This document shows, in pieces, positions 51,772 through 62,700 of a stretch of DNA of 64,000 bases. A model generated the notes under the pieces. That model was given only the letters and a program-made list of their open reading frames with translations. It was not told where the DNA came from and did not search any database. The position numbers and the translations under genes are program-made. Where the stretch lies: assembly GCA_963783375.1 (NCBI GenBank), contig CAWANH010000028.1, positions 416,001 to 480,000 on the forward strand. Direction: 5' to 3'. Each line of letters opens with the position of its first letter. Position 1 is the stretch's first letter. Source of the DNA: Candidatus Eiseniibacteriota bacterium. GTDB lineage: Bacteria; Eisenbacteria; RBG-16-71-46; JABDJR01.

Positions 51772-52962
51772 ATGTCCGAGAAGCACGAAGCACGTTCGCC
51801 GGGGCCCGGCCCCTCCACCCGCTCCGTCCATGCCGGCCGCACCGGTCCGGCGCTGGGGGGAACCGCCCTCACCATCCAGCCCTCGGCAGTCTACGCGTTC
51901 GGTTCGATGGACGAGGGCGTGGACACCTTTACCGGCAAGCGCGCCGGGTACGTGTACGGCCGCTACGGCCACCCTACCGGCGAGGCGGTGGAGGCGCGGC
52001 TGGCCGCGCTCGAGGGCGCGGACGCGGCGCTCCTCTTCTCGAGCGGCATGGCCGCCATCACCCTCACCGCCCTCGCCTACTGCGGGGAGGGCGGGCACCT
52101 GATCGCCTCGGCCGAGCTCTACGGCGGGACCACCGAGCTCCTCACCGACGTGCTTCCCGCCTGCGGGATCGCGGTGGACCGGGTGCCCCTGGATGACCTC
52201 GGATCGCTTGCGGGGCGGGTGCGGGAGAACACGCGCATGGTCCTGGTGGAGTCGCCGACCAACCCGCTCCTCCGGCTGGTCGATTTCGAGGCGCTCATGG
52301 CCGGGCTTCCCGCCCCGCGGCCGCTCATGGTCCTGGACTCCACCTTCGCCACGCCCCTCGGGCAGAGCGGGCTCACCGCCGGGTTCGACCTGGTGGTTCA
52401 CTCCGCCACCAAGTACCTGGGCGGCCACGACGACCTGGTGGCGGGGATGGTGGCCGGTCCCCCCGAGCTCTTGAAGCCGATCCGCGAGCGCCGTCGCGTG
52501 GTGGGGGCCAACTGCGATCCCCAGACCGCGTGGCTGGTGGACCGGGGGATGAAGACCCTGGCCCTTCGCTGGGAGCGCCAGTGCGCGAACGCGCTGGCCC
52601 TGGCCGGGCGGCTGGAGGCGCACCCCGCGGTGGCGCGGGTCCACTACCCCGGTCTGGCGTCGCATCCCCATCACGAGATCGCCCGCCGCCAGATGCGGAC
52701 CTTCGGCGCGGTGCTGGCCTTCGACCTGGCCGGGGGGATGGAGGCGGCGCGGCGGGCGTTCGACCGGTTCGCGCTGATCGCCCGGGCCCCGAGCCTGGGC
52801 GGGGTGGAGAGCATGGCCCTCCACCCGGTGACCTCCTCCCATCGCGGCCTGAGCGCGGAGGAGCGCCGGGCGGTGGGGATCGGGGACGGGTTGCTGCGGC
52901 TGAGCGTGGGGATCGAGGACGAGCCGGATCTCTGGGCCGATCTGGAGCAGGCGCTTTGGTGA
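51772..52962 (+). CDS. Cys/Met metabolism PLP enzyme (cystathionine/methionine gamma-lyase family)
   Basis: YGRYGHPT, SSGMAAI, ESPTNP, DSTFATP, HSATKYLGGH, SLGGVES. Confidence 0.9.
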   Translation: MSEKHEARSPGPGPSTRSVHAGRTGPALGGTALTIQPSAVYAFGSMDEGVDTFTGKRAGYVYGRYGHPTGEAVEARLAALEGADAALLFSSGMAAITLTALAYCGEGGHLIASAELYGGTTELLTDVLPACGIAVDRVPLDDLGSLAGRVRENTRMVLVESPTNPLLRLVDFEALMAGLPAPRPLMVLDSTFATPLGQSGLTAGFDLVVHSATKYLGGHDDLVAGMVAGPPELLKPIRERRRVVGANCDPQTAWLVDRGMKTLALRWERQCANALALAGRLEAHPAVARVHYPGLASHPHHEIARRQMRTFGAVLAFDLAGGMEAARRAFDRFALIARAPSLGGVESMALHPVTSSHRGLSAEERRAVGIGDGLLRLSVGIEDEPDLWADLEQALW

Positions 52963-53005
52963 CCGCGGTCCCTGCCGACGACGGCCGGCTCGAGGGGGAC
53001 GTGCC

Positions 53006-53995
53006 GTGCGCATCCTGACCGGCGACGACGTCCGCGCGCTCCTTCCCATGACCGAGTGCATGGAGGTGGTGGAGGAATCGCTCCGGGTGCTGGCGCGGGG
53101 CGAGGCGATGAACCCTCTCCGGTCCGCCCTGTGGTTTCCCGACAAGACCGGGCTGCTCGGGGTCATGCCGGGCTGGCTGGCCTTCCCCCGCGGCGCGGGC
53201 ATCAAGGTCATCACCGTCATGCCGGGAAACCACGGGACACCCTACGACTCCCACCAGGGGGTGGTGCTCCTGTTCGAGCCGGAGCACGGGCGGCCGGCGG
53301 CGATGATCGACGCCAGCTCGGTGACCGCGATCCGGACCGCGGCGGCGAGCGGGGTGGCCACGCGGGCCCTGGCCCGGGAGGACGCCAGGATCCTGGCGCT
53401 GATCGGGACCGGGGTCGAGGCGACGACGCACCTGGAAGCCATGCTGGCGGTACGCGCGTTCACCGAGGTGCGGGCGTTCGGGCGGTCGGCGGACCGGGCG
53501 CGGGCGTTCGCGGAGCGGGCGCGCGGCGCGCACGGCGTCCCGGTGCGGGTGGCGGGCTCGGCGCGGGAGGCGGTGGAGGGGGCGGACGTGGTCTGCACGG
53601 TGACCTCGTCCGCGACCCCGGTGGTTTCCGGGGAGTGGCTGGCCGCGGGGTGTCACGTGAACGCGGTCGGCGCCTGCACCCCGAATGCCCGCGAGCTGGA
53701 CACCGAGGCGGTCCGGCGGGCCCGGTTGTTCGCGGACAGCCGGGAATCGGTATTGAACGAATCCGGGGATTTCCTGCTGGCGCGCTCGGAAGGGGCGTTC
53801 GGTGACGACCACATCGTGGCGGAACTGGGCGAGGTATTGTTGGGGCGCGATCCCGGCCGGCGTTCCCCCGACGAAATCACCGTCTTCGAATCGCTGGGAA
53901 TCGCTGTCGAGGACGTGGCGGTGGGGCAGCGGCTCCTGGAGAAGGCCCGCGCCGCGGGAGTCGGGGTGGAAGTGGACCTCGGCGGACGGCGCTGA
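53006..53995 (+). CDS. Ornithine cyclodeaminase / mu-crystallin family protein
   Basis: TAIRTAAAS, IGTGVEA, HVNAVGA, FESLGIAVEDV. Confidence 0.9.
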   Translation: MRILTGDDVRALLPMTECMEVVEESLRVLARGEAMNPLRSALWFPDKTGLLGVMPGWLAFPRGAGIKVITVMPGNHGTPYDSHQGVVLLFEPEHGRPAAMIDASSVTAIRTAAASGVATRALAREDARILALIGTGVEATTHLEAMLAVRAFTEVRAFGRSADRARAFAERARGAHGVPVRVAGSAREAVEGADVVCTVTSSATPVVSGEWLAAGCHVNAVGACTPNARELDTEAVRRARLFADSRESVLNESGDFLLARSEGAFGDDHIVAELGEVLLGRDPGRRSPDEITVFESLGIAVEDVAVGQRLLEKARAAGVGVEVDLGGRR

Positions 53996-54020
53996 AGCTA
54001 TTTCCCCGCGGCGGTAGCGA

Positions 54021-54434
54021 TCAGGCGGCCCGGGCGATCGGCGGGCGTTCCATCGTGGCCGAGTCCCCCAACGCCAGTCGGAGCAGGTGTGAGATCAGCT
54101 CGGGGTGGATCGGGCTCCGGCACACCCCCGAGGCTCCCAGACGCCGGGCCGCCTCGGCAAGTTCGGGGTTCAGCGACGCGGTGACCGCGAAGACCGGAAT
54201 CCTCGAGGTTTCCGCTCGCCGCTTGAGCGCCCGGAGCGCGGGAATCCCCACCCCGCCCAGATCATCCAGGTCGAGGACGATGGCGGCGGGAGCGTGCCGG
54301 ACGGCCGCCGCCTGAGCCTGCTCGCGCGTCACGCCCCACACCACGTCGTAACCCCTCTCCCGCAGATAGACGGCCAGAGGTTCCGCCCAGCTCTCGTTGT
54401 CGGCGGCGATCAAGACCCGGTGTGTGTCGAACAT
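54021..54434 (-). CDS. Single-domain response regulator (atypical receiver)
   Basis: VLIAADN, IVLDLD, IPVFAVTA; RSP in place of the usual KP. Confidence 0.7.
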   Translation of the reverse strand: MFDTHRVLIAADNESWAEPLAVYLRERGYDVVWGVTREQAQAAAVRHAPAAIVLDLDDLGGVGIPALRALKRRAETSRIPVFAVTASLNPELAEAARRLGASGVCRSPIHPELISHLLRLALGDSATMERPPIARAA

Positions 54435-54596
54435 GGTCACCTCGTTCCCGTCGGAGCGCGCCTGGGGGTTCCCTCGGGATGGATCGGCCGGCCGGAGGCC
54501 ACCGTTTCACGAGGGAAATCCGACTGTTTTGCTCCTTTGGGGGCGGTGACCCAAAACGGGCTCCTCGGCAAACCCGTCCGCACCCGTTCGCCTTCG

Positions 54597-55289
54597 CTAG
54601 TGGACCCCGCTCTTCAGCCACCCCCAGGTGACGTTCTCGACCGGGACCGGCGCGGCGGGGCCCCCCCAGCTCGTGCCGCTCGTGAAGCTGTATTGGTTGT
54701 CGTCGGTCGGGGTCACCCCCGCACTGGCACCGCTTACGACATGGTCCACGTCCCCCGTGGTGTAGGCGAAGAGAGGAGCCGGGGTGGTCGGCGGCGTGTT
54801 GGCGTTGGAGAAGAAGGCTTCGCACGCCAGGTACAGATTACCGCCGGTCAGCGCGATGGGGGCGCCGTCGAGCTCGACGAAGTCGTTCCCCACGGTGTGC
54901 TGGTTCCTGATGATCCAGGCGCCTGAGCTCATGACGTAGGTTCCGTCGTTCACGCCGCCCGCGGTCCCGGTGAGGGTGACCGTCGCGCTGGTGACGGCGT
55001 ACTGGGTGTAGTAGTAGCCGGAGAGCGCGGTGGCGAGGATGGGCGTCTGGTCCGCGGGCGCGAAGATCACGTCGATCTGCAGATGCGCTCCGTTCAGCCC
55101 CACGACATCGGTGCCGGAGGAGAGCGCGAGATCACCCTCGATCGTGTAGGGGATGTCGGCGGCGAGCGCCGGGTTCGCCGCCAAGCAGACACCCGCCAGA
55201 CACACCGCGGCGAGGACGACGATCGCAGGACGCCCGGCGCGGACGTTCGAAGGGGGCGACGAGGGGAAGGCACAATACCCGAACTTCAT
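54597..55289 (-). CDS. Secreted beta-rich protein with C-terminal PVENVTWGWLKSGVH tail
   Basis: RBS AAGGAG; signal peptide ending ALA-A; Thr/Gly-rich body. Confidence 0.75.
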   Translation of the reverse strand: MKFGYCAFPSSPPSNVRAGRPAIVVLAAVCLAGVCLAANPALAADIPYTIEGDLALSSGTDVVGLNGAHLQIDVIFAPADQTPILATALSGYYYTQYAVTSATVTLTGTAGGVNDGTYVMSSGAWIIRNQHTVGNDFVELDGAPIALTGGNLYLACEAFFSNANTPPTTPAPLFAYTTGDVDHVVSGASAGVTPTDDNQYSFTSGTSWGGPAAPVPVENVTWGWLKSGVH

Positions 55290-55639
55290 GATCCAGACTC
55301 CTTGAAGAGGGTAGAATGGGCGGCCGGCGTGGCCACGTGCTCCGCGGTCGGCTTACGGGTCACCGGTTGCGCCCCGATGCGGGCTCGCGGATTGCGGCGT
55401 ATGCAGGGTGTCTATCCCGGTGGCGTCGGCCCCGGTGTCCCTGGGGGCGCTCTCCCCGTGGGAACACGGAACGGTGCGTGGCACATTTCGCCGCCCAGGA
55501 CACGACATTATATCATACCGAGCGGCGATGGCGGCGACGGACGAGAACTCCGAGCCCAAGAACCCCGAGCATCCCGGGCAGAAGCTCCGCTACTCCCGTC
55601 CGCCCGGCGGTGGAGAGGAAATTGACCCCGGGGGGCACG

Positions 55640-55880
55640 AACGACGTCCATCGTCTGGACGGACCAGAAGGGCGAGCGGCGGGGGAAGAACTTCACCAGC
55701 CAGCCGCCCCCGTACTGGGTCAGCGACAGGTAGTCGTAGAACCGGCTCCAGTTGCTCGGGTCGCCGAGGTTGAGCACCGGATCCCCGACGGCGTGGGCGT
55801 AGCGGCTGGAATCCCACCAGGTGATCGAGGGGTGGGCGGTGACCGCGAACGCGATGAAGGCGACGAGAAAGACGGTCCAT
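55640..55880 (-). pseudogene. Internally deleted remnant of a DUF2723-like membrane protein
   Basis: TAHPSITWWDS (N-terminal motif) joined directly to PVLNLGDPSNWSRFYDYLSLTQYG (internal motif); boundaries approximate. Confidence 0.45.
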
Positions 55881-55923
55881 GAGAGGCCGGCCGCCTCGGG
55901 CCCCCGGCCCGGCGCCGGTCCGG

Positions 55924-56523
55924 TCAGGCCCCGCTCCCGTCGATCACGACGTGGGCCCCCTCCTCCGGCCGGTGCTCCCGGACGTACCGGTCTTCGCCCG
56001 GCATCCAGTCCCCCTCCCAGCGGTCCCGGGCGGCCTCGCCGTCGCGGGCAAGACCGCGGGCCAGGCGGAGCGCACGCGGGCAGGCGACCCACACCCGGAT
56101 GTCGTAGAGCTCCGCGAGCTCCCGGCGGGTGCAGGTGACGCCCTCGACGATCACGATGCCGTCCGGGGAGACCTCCTGTCGCTCCGCCAACACGTCCCGC
56201 TTCCAGTCGTACCTCGCGTAGCGGGCCAGGCGGTGGTTCCGGAGGGGGAGCAGCACCTCGTCCCGGAGGCGGCGCCAGTCGAAGTCCCCGCCGATGGGCT
56301 TCGTCTCCGGCGGGCCGGCCGGACGCTCGGCCGACGGGAGATAGAAGTCGTCCACGTGAACCACCGCCGCGACGCGACCCAGGTCCACGAGCGCCTCGGC
56401 CAGGGCGGCAGTGACGGTGGTCTTTCCCGCCGCTCCCGGGCCGTCGATCCCCACCAGAACCGTGGGTTGGGTCGATGCCGCGGCTTCGATCCGGTGGAGG
56501 AGTTCTTCCAGTCGGTCCGTCAT
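55924..56523 (-). CDS. Uridine kinase-like P-loop protein
   Basis: GIDGPGAAGKTT, HVDDFY, RYDW, IVEG, RGLARDG; RBS GGAGG. Confidence 0.85.
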   Translation of the reverse strand: MTDRLEELLHRIEAAASTQPTVLVGIDGPGAAGKTTVTAALAEALVDLGRVAAVVHVDDFYLPSAERPAGPPETKPIGGDFDWRRLRDEVLLPLRNHRLARYARYDWKRDVLAERQEVSPDGIVIVEGVTCTRRELAELYDIRVWVACPRALRLARGLARDGEAARDRWEGDWMPGEDRYVREHRPEEGAHVVIDGSGA

Positions 56524-56806
56524 GGTTCCTCCGTTCGATCCTGGGGGTGGCCGGGTCGGAGCCGCGGCTCCCGGTCTGCGCCAGGGTATCGCGCTACCCG
56601 GCCATGCGGTCGGGCCTGTGCCAGGGTATCGCGCAATTCGTTCTTGATGTCGGGCCTTCGCGGGTGTCCACACCGTCGAGGCCTCGTCGCCCGATGCGGG
56701 AGGCTCGTCGCTTTCCCGGAGCGGGTCGCGTTCCGCGGCCGCCGCGCGCCGCACTCAATCGCCCGTGCGGGTTGAACCTACGTGATATTCGGAGGCGTGA
56801 CCGCGT

Positions 56807-56823
56807 CCGGCACGATGCCTGCA
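56807..56823 (+). promoter_or_regulatory. Putative sigma54 (-24/-12) promoter
   Basis: CCGGCACGATGCCTGCA has GG-N10-GC spacing and shares CGGCACGATG with the 17050 element. Confidence 0.6.
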
Positions 56824-57273
56824 TATGTTAACCGCCGACGCGACGACCTCCCTGGTTCAGCAGGCAGGGAGCCATCGCCGGGCCGGAACGCCACCGGTTG
56901 CAAGGCACCTCCGGCCGAGAGTCCCGGAGCGACGACGACCCACCCAGCACGAACCGTCGTCCTCGCTCATGTGGACAAGGAGAACCGGCGCGGCGAACCC
57001 GCCGGCGTCACCGGCCCGAGGGGACAGGGTACCGACCCTGGAGCATCGCCGGCGAGGTCGGAGCAACCGCGTCAGCGTAGCGACACGGGGTCCGTCCCAC
57101 GGGACGGGGCGGGCCCCGATTTTCACCCGATTTTGGGGGTGAAATCCTATGGTCGAGAGGGCCCTTAATGGACGGGGGGGGCCTTCTCGAGTGGGCACAA
57201 ACGTTGCCGGTGGGAGCCATGGGATTTCACCCCCGGTTCTTTTCCCCTCGGCCTTGGGTGGTCTGGCGTCCGG

Positions 57274-57624
57274 TCACGCCGGGATGTGCTTCTGCCAGAG
57301 TTCCATACGCTTCGGGACTTCCTCGCCCGTCACTCCCCTGACCACCCCGAATCCCTGAAGGTGCAAGGTTGCGCGGGTCACGTGCGCCAACCACTCGTCG
57401 TCGCCCTGGAGTGCGTCGAACTTGGAAGCTTCGCCGCGGAGGATGAAGAACCCATTCAGATCCCCACCGTGGGGGTCCAGGAACACCGTGTCGAAGGACC
57501 CGATGGTTCCCTTCTGCTGGAGGCGCGCGAGGTACTTGGAAAACTCCTGGAAGTGCTCGGCGCTCACGGGTTCCCGTCCGGGAATGGGTCGGTTCCACGC
57601 AAAGAACAGGGTGTTCGAAGCCAT
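57274..57624 (-). CDS. Hypothetical protein, 116 aa
   Basis: RBS AGAGGAGG; compact globular-looking sequence with LDPHGGDLNGFFILRG. Confidence 0.75.
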   Translation of the reverse strand: MASNTLFFAWNRPIPGREPVSAEHFQEFSKYLARLQQKGTIGSFDTVFLDPHGGDLNGFFILRGEASKFDALQGDDEWLAHVTRATLHLQGFGVVRGVTGEEVPKRMELWQKHIPA

Positions 57625-57919
57625 GCTGATTCCTCCTCTGAGTTGTGCGGCTCACGGAATGACCGGGGCGTGAAGGGACCGTTCTTTCTCTCCTCTCCGT
57701 CCGGCGCGTCCTCCCCCCCCAGGCGTGGGAACGGATGCCATGCAGGAGGCGACCCGGATCGCCCGTCGTGGAGGTGTACCCGGGTACGCCATTTATCAAT
57801 CTCAGCACACCCAAGTACTGTCTGATTTTACTGCCTGATCCCGCCGGCCCGCCGACAATGTTCTAATCTATTGCACCACAAATGGTTCCGCGGACAGATC
57901 CGTCCTCGACTCTTTTCCG

Positions 57920-57961
57920 TTGACTTACCTATTCTACCTAGGTATAGTCTCCCTAGGTATA
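57920..57961 (+). promoter_or_regulatory. sigma70-type promoter with overlapping palindromic operator(s)
   Basis: TTGACT-17 nt-TATAGT; palindrome TACCTAGGTA (57935-57944); CCTAGGTATA repeated at 57937 and 57952. Confidence 0.7.
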
Positions 57962-57979
57962 CCCTCACCGAGGCCCAAC

Positions 57980-58384
57980 ATGAACGACCCGAAGTACTGG
58001 AACGACCTCATCGCCCGGAGCGCCTCGCGCTTCTTCTTCCTGGCCAGCCTGGCCCGGAAGCCGATGCACGGGTATGAGCTGGCCCGGACGATCGCTTCTG
58101 ATTGCAACAACTGCTGCACCCCGACCGACGCCATGATCTACCCGGCCATCCGGGACATGACCCGGGCCGGGCTCATCGCGTGCGAGGAGGAGGTGCACGA
58201 GGGGCGCACACGAAACGTCTGTCGGCTCACCGACCAAGGGTGGGCGGCCTACCGCGCCGCCGCCCTCGCCTGGCGTGAGGCCCTTCCATCACTCGAGCGG
58301 GCCGTGGCCGCGGGATTGGAGCCCGCCCAAGGAGATCGCCATGAAGGAATCGAATCCCCGGAAGATCCAGGATGCTGTCGCTGA
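57980..58384 (+). CDS. PadR family regulator, Cys-rich
   Basis: PMHGYEL, MIYPAI, LTDQG; CNNCC and terminal CC. Confidence 0.85.
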   Translation: MNDPKYWNDLIARSASRFFFLASLARKPMHGYELARTIASDCNNCCTPTDAMIYPAIRDMTRAGLIACEEEVHEGRTRNVCRLTDQGWAAYRAAALAWREALPSLERAVAAGLEPAQGDRHEGIESPEDPGCCR

Positions 58385-59240
58385 CCGGTACGGGGCCCTG
58401 GCCCGGGAACATCTCCAGGGGAACGCGTCTGAAACCGGATCCGGTTGCTGCGCTCCCGCGGCCGGGGAACCCGGAGCCGCCGAGGCGCCGACCGAAAACA
58501 CCGGGAACACCACCGCCGGCGCGTGCTGCGGTGGACCGGCAACCGACTCCGCCGAGGCCGCCGGGTGCGGGTGCGGCCCGGTTCATTCCCTGACCGAAAC
58601 CGGATGGGTGGCTTCGGACGACATCTACTCGGGCCCGGAGCTGGCCGAGGTGGACCCGTCGGTGGCCGCCATGAGCCTGGGGAGCGGAAACCCCATCGCC
58701 CTGGCCGATATCCAGCCCGGGGAGACGGTGCTGGACCTCGGTTCCGGGGCCGGGCTCGACTGCCTCCTCGCCTCCCGGCGCGCCGGGCCCCGAGGCAAGG
58801 TCATCGGCGTCGACATGACGCCGGAGATGATCGAGCTGGCCCGGCGAAACATCGAACGGGCGGGGGCCCGGAACATCGAGGTGCGCCAGGGGCGTCTGGA
58901 GGAGATGCCGGTGGATTCGGAGTCGATCGACGTGGTGATCTCCAACTGCGTCCTCAACCTCTCCCCGGACAAATCGACCGTACTCGCCGAGGCCTACCGG
59001 GTGCTCCGGCCCGGCGGCCGCTTCCGGGTGGCCGACATCGTCTGGACCAAGGCCCCCGATCCCGGGGAGCGCCGGGGGGCCGGATCGTGGCCGGGGTGTG
59101 TCTCCGGCGCGCTGACGGTCGGGGAGTTCGAAGCGCTCCTTCACTCCGCGGGGTTCGTCGAGGCGCGGGTCGAGGTGCCGTCGACCGGCCATGAAGGTCC
59201 GTGGGTCAACGCCGAGGTCTCGGCCCGGAAACCGCGCTAG
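58341..59240 (+). CDS. arsM: Arsenite methyltransferase-like protein
   Basis: RBS AAGGAG; GETVLDLGSGAGLD, GVDMTPEM, ISNCVLNLSPDK, WPGCVSGAL; N-terminal CC pairs. Confidence 0.8.
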   Translation: MKESNPRKIQDAVADRYGALAREHLQGNASETGSGCCAPAAGEPGAAEAPTENTGNTTAGACCGGPATDSAEAAGCGCGPVHSLTETGWVASDDIYSGPELAEVDPSVAAMSLGSGNPIALADIQPGETVLDLGSGAGLDCLLASRRAGPRGKVIGVDMTPEMIELARRNIERAGARNIEVRQGRLEEMPVDSESIDVVISNCVLNLSPDKSTVLAEAYRVLRPGGRFRVADIVWTKAPDPGERRGAGSWPGCVSGALTVGEFEALLHSAGFVEARVEVPSTGHEGPWVNAEVSARKPR

Positions 59241-59709
59241 ACCGATCGGTCCGGAAGACCGTCGCCCGGACCCCCCGATCCGGGAAGCCCTGGGAGGCCG
59301 GCGGAGGACCCAGACTCTGCCGGACCTCCGGACCCTCATCGCGTTCGCGAACTCCCCAACCCGCTAATTCGGCCCCGCGCCTTGAGTTGAGAATATAGCC
59401 AGTCAAATCCTTTCAAATCATAATTATCTTGATCAAATTAGTCCGTTGGTGTTGAATGGGACCATCGGGTCGGACAGGGAATTCCCCCGCCCCCGATCTC
59501 TCCACCCCCGGAAAACTACAGGGATGGACGCGCCTTGTGCTGAAACGTGATTCACTCGATCACATATGTCCTTTAACGTCGCCCTCCGGAGCAAGTTCTC
59601 CGCGCCCGACTCGCCAGGCGCTCTCCCTCTCGTTCCCCCGTTCCCCAGGATCTTCAGCCGCCCCGGTTTCGCGACCGCCTTCGCTCCGATCCGGGTCGAG
59701 GAGGTGCCC

Positions 59710-62700
59710 ATGATCCGCAAACTCGCTGCCAGCATCTTGACCGTATCGACCTTGGTACTCCTCTCCATCCTCATCCTCCCCTCCCCGGCGGCGGCGCAAA
59801 CCGATCCGGTGCCGGAGATCATGGACTGGGTCACCGACCCGGCCGCGGGGACGGTCCACTTCCAGGTGCGCTGGCGAAACACCGATCAGGTCGATTCGAG
59901 CCCGGTATCCGGCTCGATGTCGTCCCAGCCGTTCGGCGTGTACCAGCAGAACTACGGCGCCATCGGGGACTTCAGCGTTCCGTCGCTGGCCCCGGACAGC
60001 TTCTTCGACGTCTTCTTCGACGTGGCCCTCGCCGACCTTCCTCCCGCACCGGAGAAGCGACTCCCCGGCGGCGGTCCGGCGGCGGCTCCAGGGGTGATGG
60101 CGGCGGCCGATACCCTCCCCTGCCCGCCCGATGACCACTGGGACGGGAATGTGGACGTGAGCTGGACCGGCCAGGGAACCGCCGGCCAGGTCGGGGTTCA
60201 CTACGGCTCGATCCTCCTCTGCCCCGGAGCCGGCGCGTCCTATATCCACGTACGGCCCCTGATCTGCGGGGCCGCGGGTGGAGTGAGTTGGCAAATCACC
60301 GATCTCTGCCCGGGATTCAGCGCCACCCTGGTGAACGAGGACTACACTCCGGCCCCGGCCGCCCTGCCCTCGGGATGGTCCGGCTGGATCTGCGTGACCG
60401 CCAGCGCCGCGGTGCCCGTGGGGCAGGAGTGCTGCCCCCGGGTCAAGTTCGACTGCGGCGGCGAACCCGCCGAGATCACGCTCTGCGCCCACACCTGTGA
60501 CTGGGCGCCTCCGGGCCCCGACCCGGTGGTCACGGTCTCCGACTGGACCACCGACCTCTCGACGGGAACGGTTCACTTCCAGCTTCACTGGTCCAACCCG
60601 GACCCGACCTCCTCGTCGCACCCGATCGCCGGGACCATGTCTTCCCAGCAGTTCGGGGTCTTCCAGTCGAACTACAAGGAAATCGGCACCTTCGACGTTC
60701 CGTCCCTCGCTCCGGACAGCTTCTTCGACGTCTTCTACGACGTGGCGCTCGCCGACCTCCCGCCTTCGGCGGAAGAAGTCCTCCCCGGAGGCGGACCGTC
60801 CACCGCGCCGGGGGTGACCGGCGCCGCCAGCTCTCTCTGTCCTCCCGACGACCACTGGGACGGAAACGTGGACGTCGAGTGGACCAACGGCAGCGACTCC
60901 GCCCAGGTGAACGTCCACTACGGCACCCTCCTGGTGTGTCCGGGGGCGGGAGCCTCCTACATCCACGTTCCCTTCCTGGGTTGCTTCGACGACGCCGGCA
61001 ACCCCAGCGGCGTGAGCTGGCAGGTCTCGAACCTCTGCCCGGGTTTCGGCGGGGTCCTGGTCAACGAGGACTACTCCCCCGCCCCGGCCATCCTGCCTCC
61101 GAACTGGTCGGGCTGGATCTGCGTGACCGCCGACCCCTCGGTGGCCATAGGAACCCAATGTTGCCCGAAGGTCACCTTCATCTGTAACAACCAGCCGGCG
61201 GAGGTCACCCTCTGCGCCACCGCCTGCGATTGGAGCCAGGAAGAGCCGACCCCGGTCCCGCAGGTTCTGGACTGGACCACCGATCCGGCCACCGGGCTGG
61301 TGCGCTTCCAGGTGCGGTGGCACAACCCGGACCAGACGGCCAGCAGCCAGCCGGTCTCGGGTTCGATGTCCTCGCAGCCTTTCGGCGTCTTCCAGTCGAA
61401 CTTCGGCGCCATCGGCACGTTCAGCGTGCCTCCGCTGGCGCCGGACAGCTTCTTCGACGTCTTCTTCGACGTGGCGTTGGGCGATCTCCCGCCCCAGCCG
61501 GCCACGATCCTTCCCGGCGGCGGCCCCGCCGCGCCGGGGGTGACCGGCGCGGCCCGGGACGGAGATTGCCCGCCCGACGACCACTGGGACGGAAACGTCG
61601 ACGTGGAGTGGGCCGGCACCGGCGCCCCGGCCCAGGTCAACGTCCACTACGGCACCCTCATGGTGTGTCCGGGGGCGGGGGCTTCCTACATCCACGTCCC
61701 CTTCCTGGGTTGCGTGGATCCGAACGGGGTGGCCTGGCAGATCACCAACCTCTGCCCGGGGTGGAGCGCCACCCTGGTCAACGAGGACACCACCACCGCC
61801 GCGCCGGCCGCCCTGCCGCCGGAGTGGTCCGGCTGGATCTGCGTGACCGCCGACGCCAGCGTGGCGGTGGGCACGGAGTGCTGTCCCATCGTGACCTTCA
61901 CCTGCGGCGGCGTTCCGGCGGAGATCCGGCTTTGCGCGACCGCCTGCGACTGGAATCCCCAGGCCCCGCCGCCGGTGGTCACCGTGCCGGACTGGACGAC
62001 CGATCCCGCCACGGGGACGGTGCACTTCACCCTGCACTGGGAGAACCCGGATCCGGTTTCGTCCTCCCACCCGATCTCGGGCACGATGTCGTCCCAGCCG
62101 TTCGGCGCGTTCCAGCCGGACTTCGGACCCATCGGCACCTTCAACGTACCCTCGCTCGCGCCGGACAGCTTCTTCGACATCGAATACGACGTGGCCCGGG
62201 CCGATCTCCCGCCCCCACCGGCCACGATTCTCCCCGGCGGCGGACCGGCCGCGCCCGGGGTGACCGGTCTGGCCGACAACCCGAACTGCCCGCCGGACGA
62301 CCACTGGGACGGAAACGTGGACGTCGAATGGACGCAAGGCGGGGTGCCGGCCCAGGTCAACGTCCACTACGGCACGCTCATGGCCTGCCCGGGTGCGGGA
62401 GCTTCCTACATCCACGTTCCCCTCCTCGGATGCACCGACGACAACGGCCTGCCTGCCGGGGTGACCTGGCAAATCGGGAACCTCTGCCCGGGCTGGAGCG
62501 CCACCCTGGTGAACGAGGACACCACCACCGCCGCTCCGGCCACCCTGCCGCCGGGCTGGACCGGTTGGATCTGCGTGACCGCCGACGCCAGCGTGGCGGT
62601 GGGCACCGAGTGCTGTCCCACCGTGACCTTCGACTGCAACGGCGAGCCCGCGGTGGTCACCCTCTGCGCGACCGCCTGCGACTGGGACCCCCAGGCCCCG

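Noticed and set aside
54500-54600. c-di-GMP riboswitch suggested by GGCAAACC
   Set aside because: No GNRA tetraloop/receptor or second-stem motif in the required arrangement
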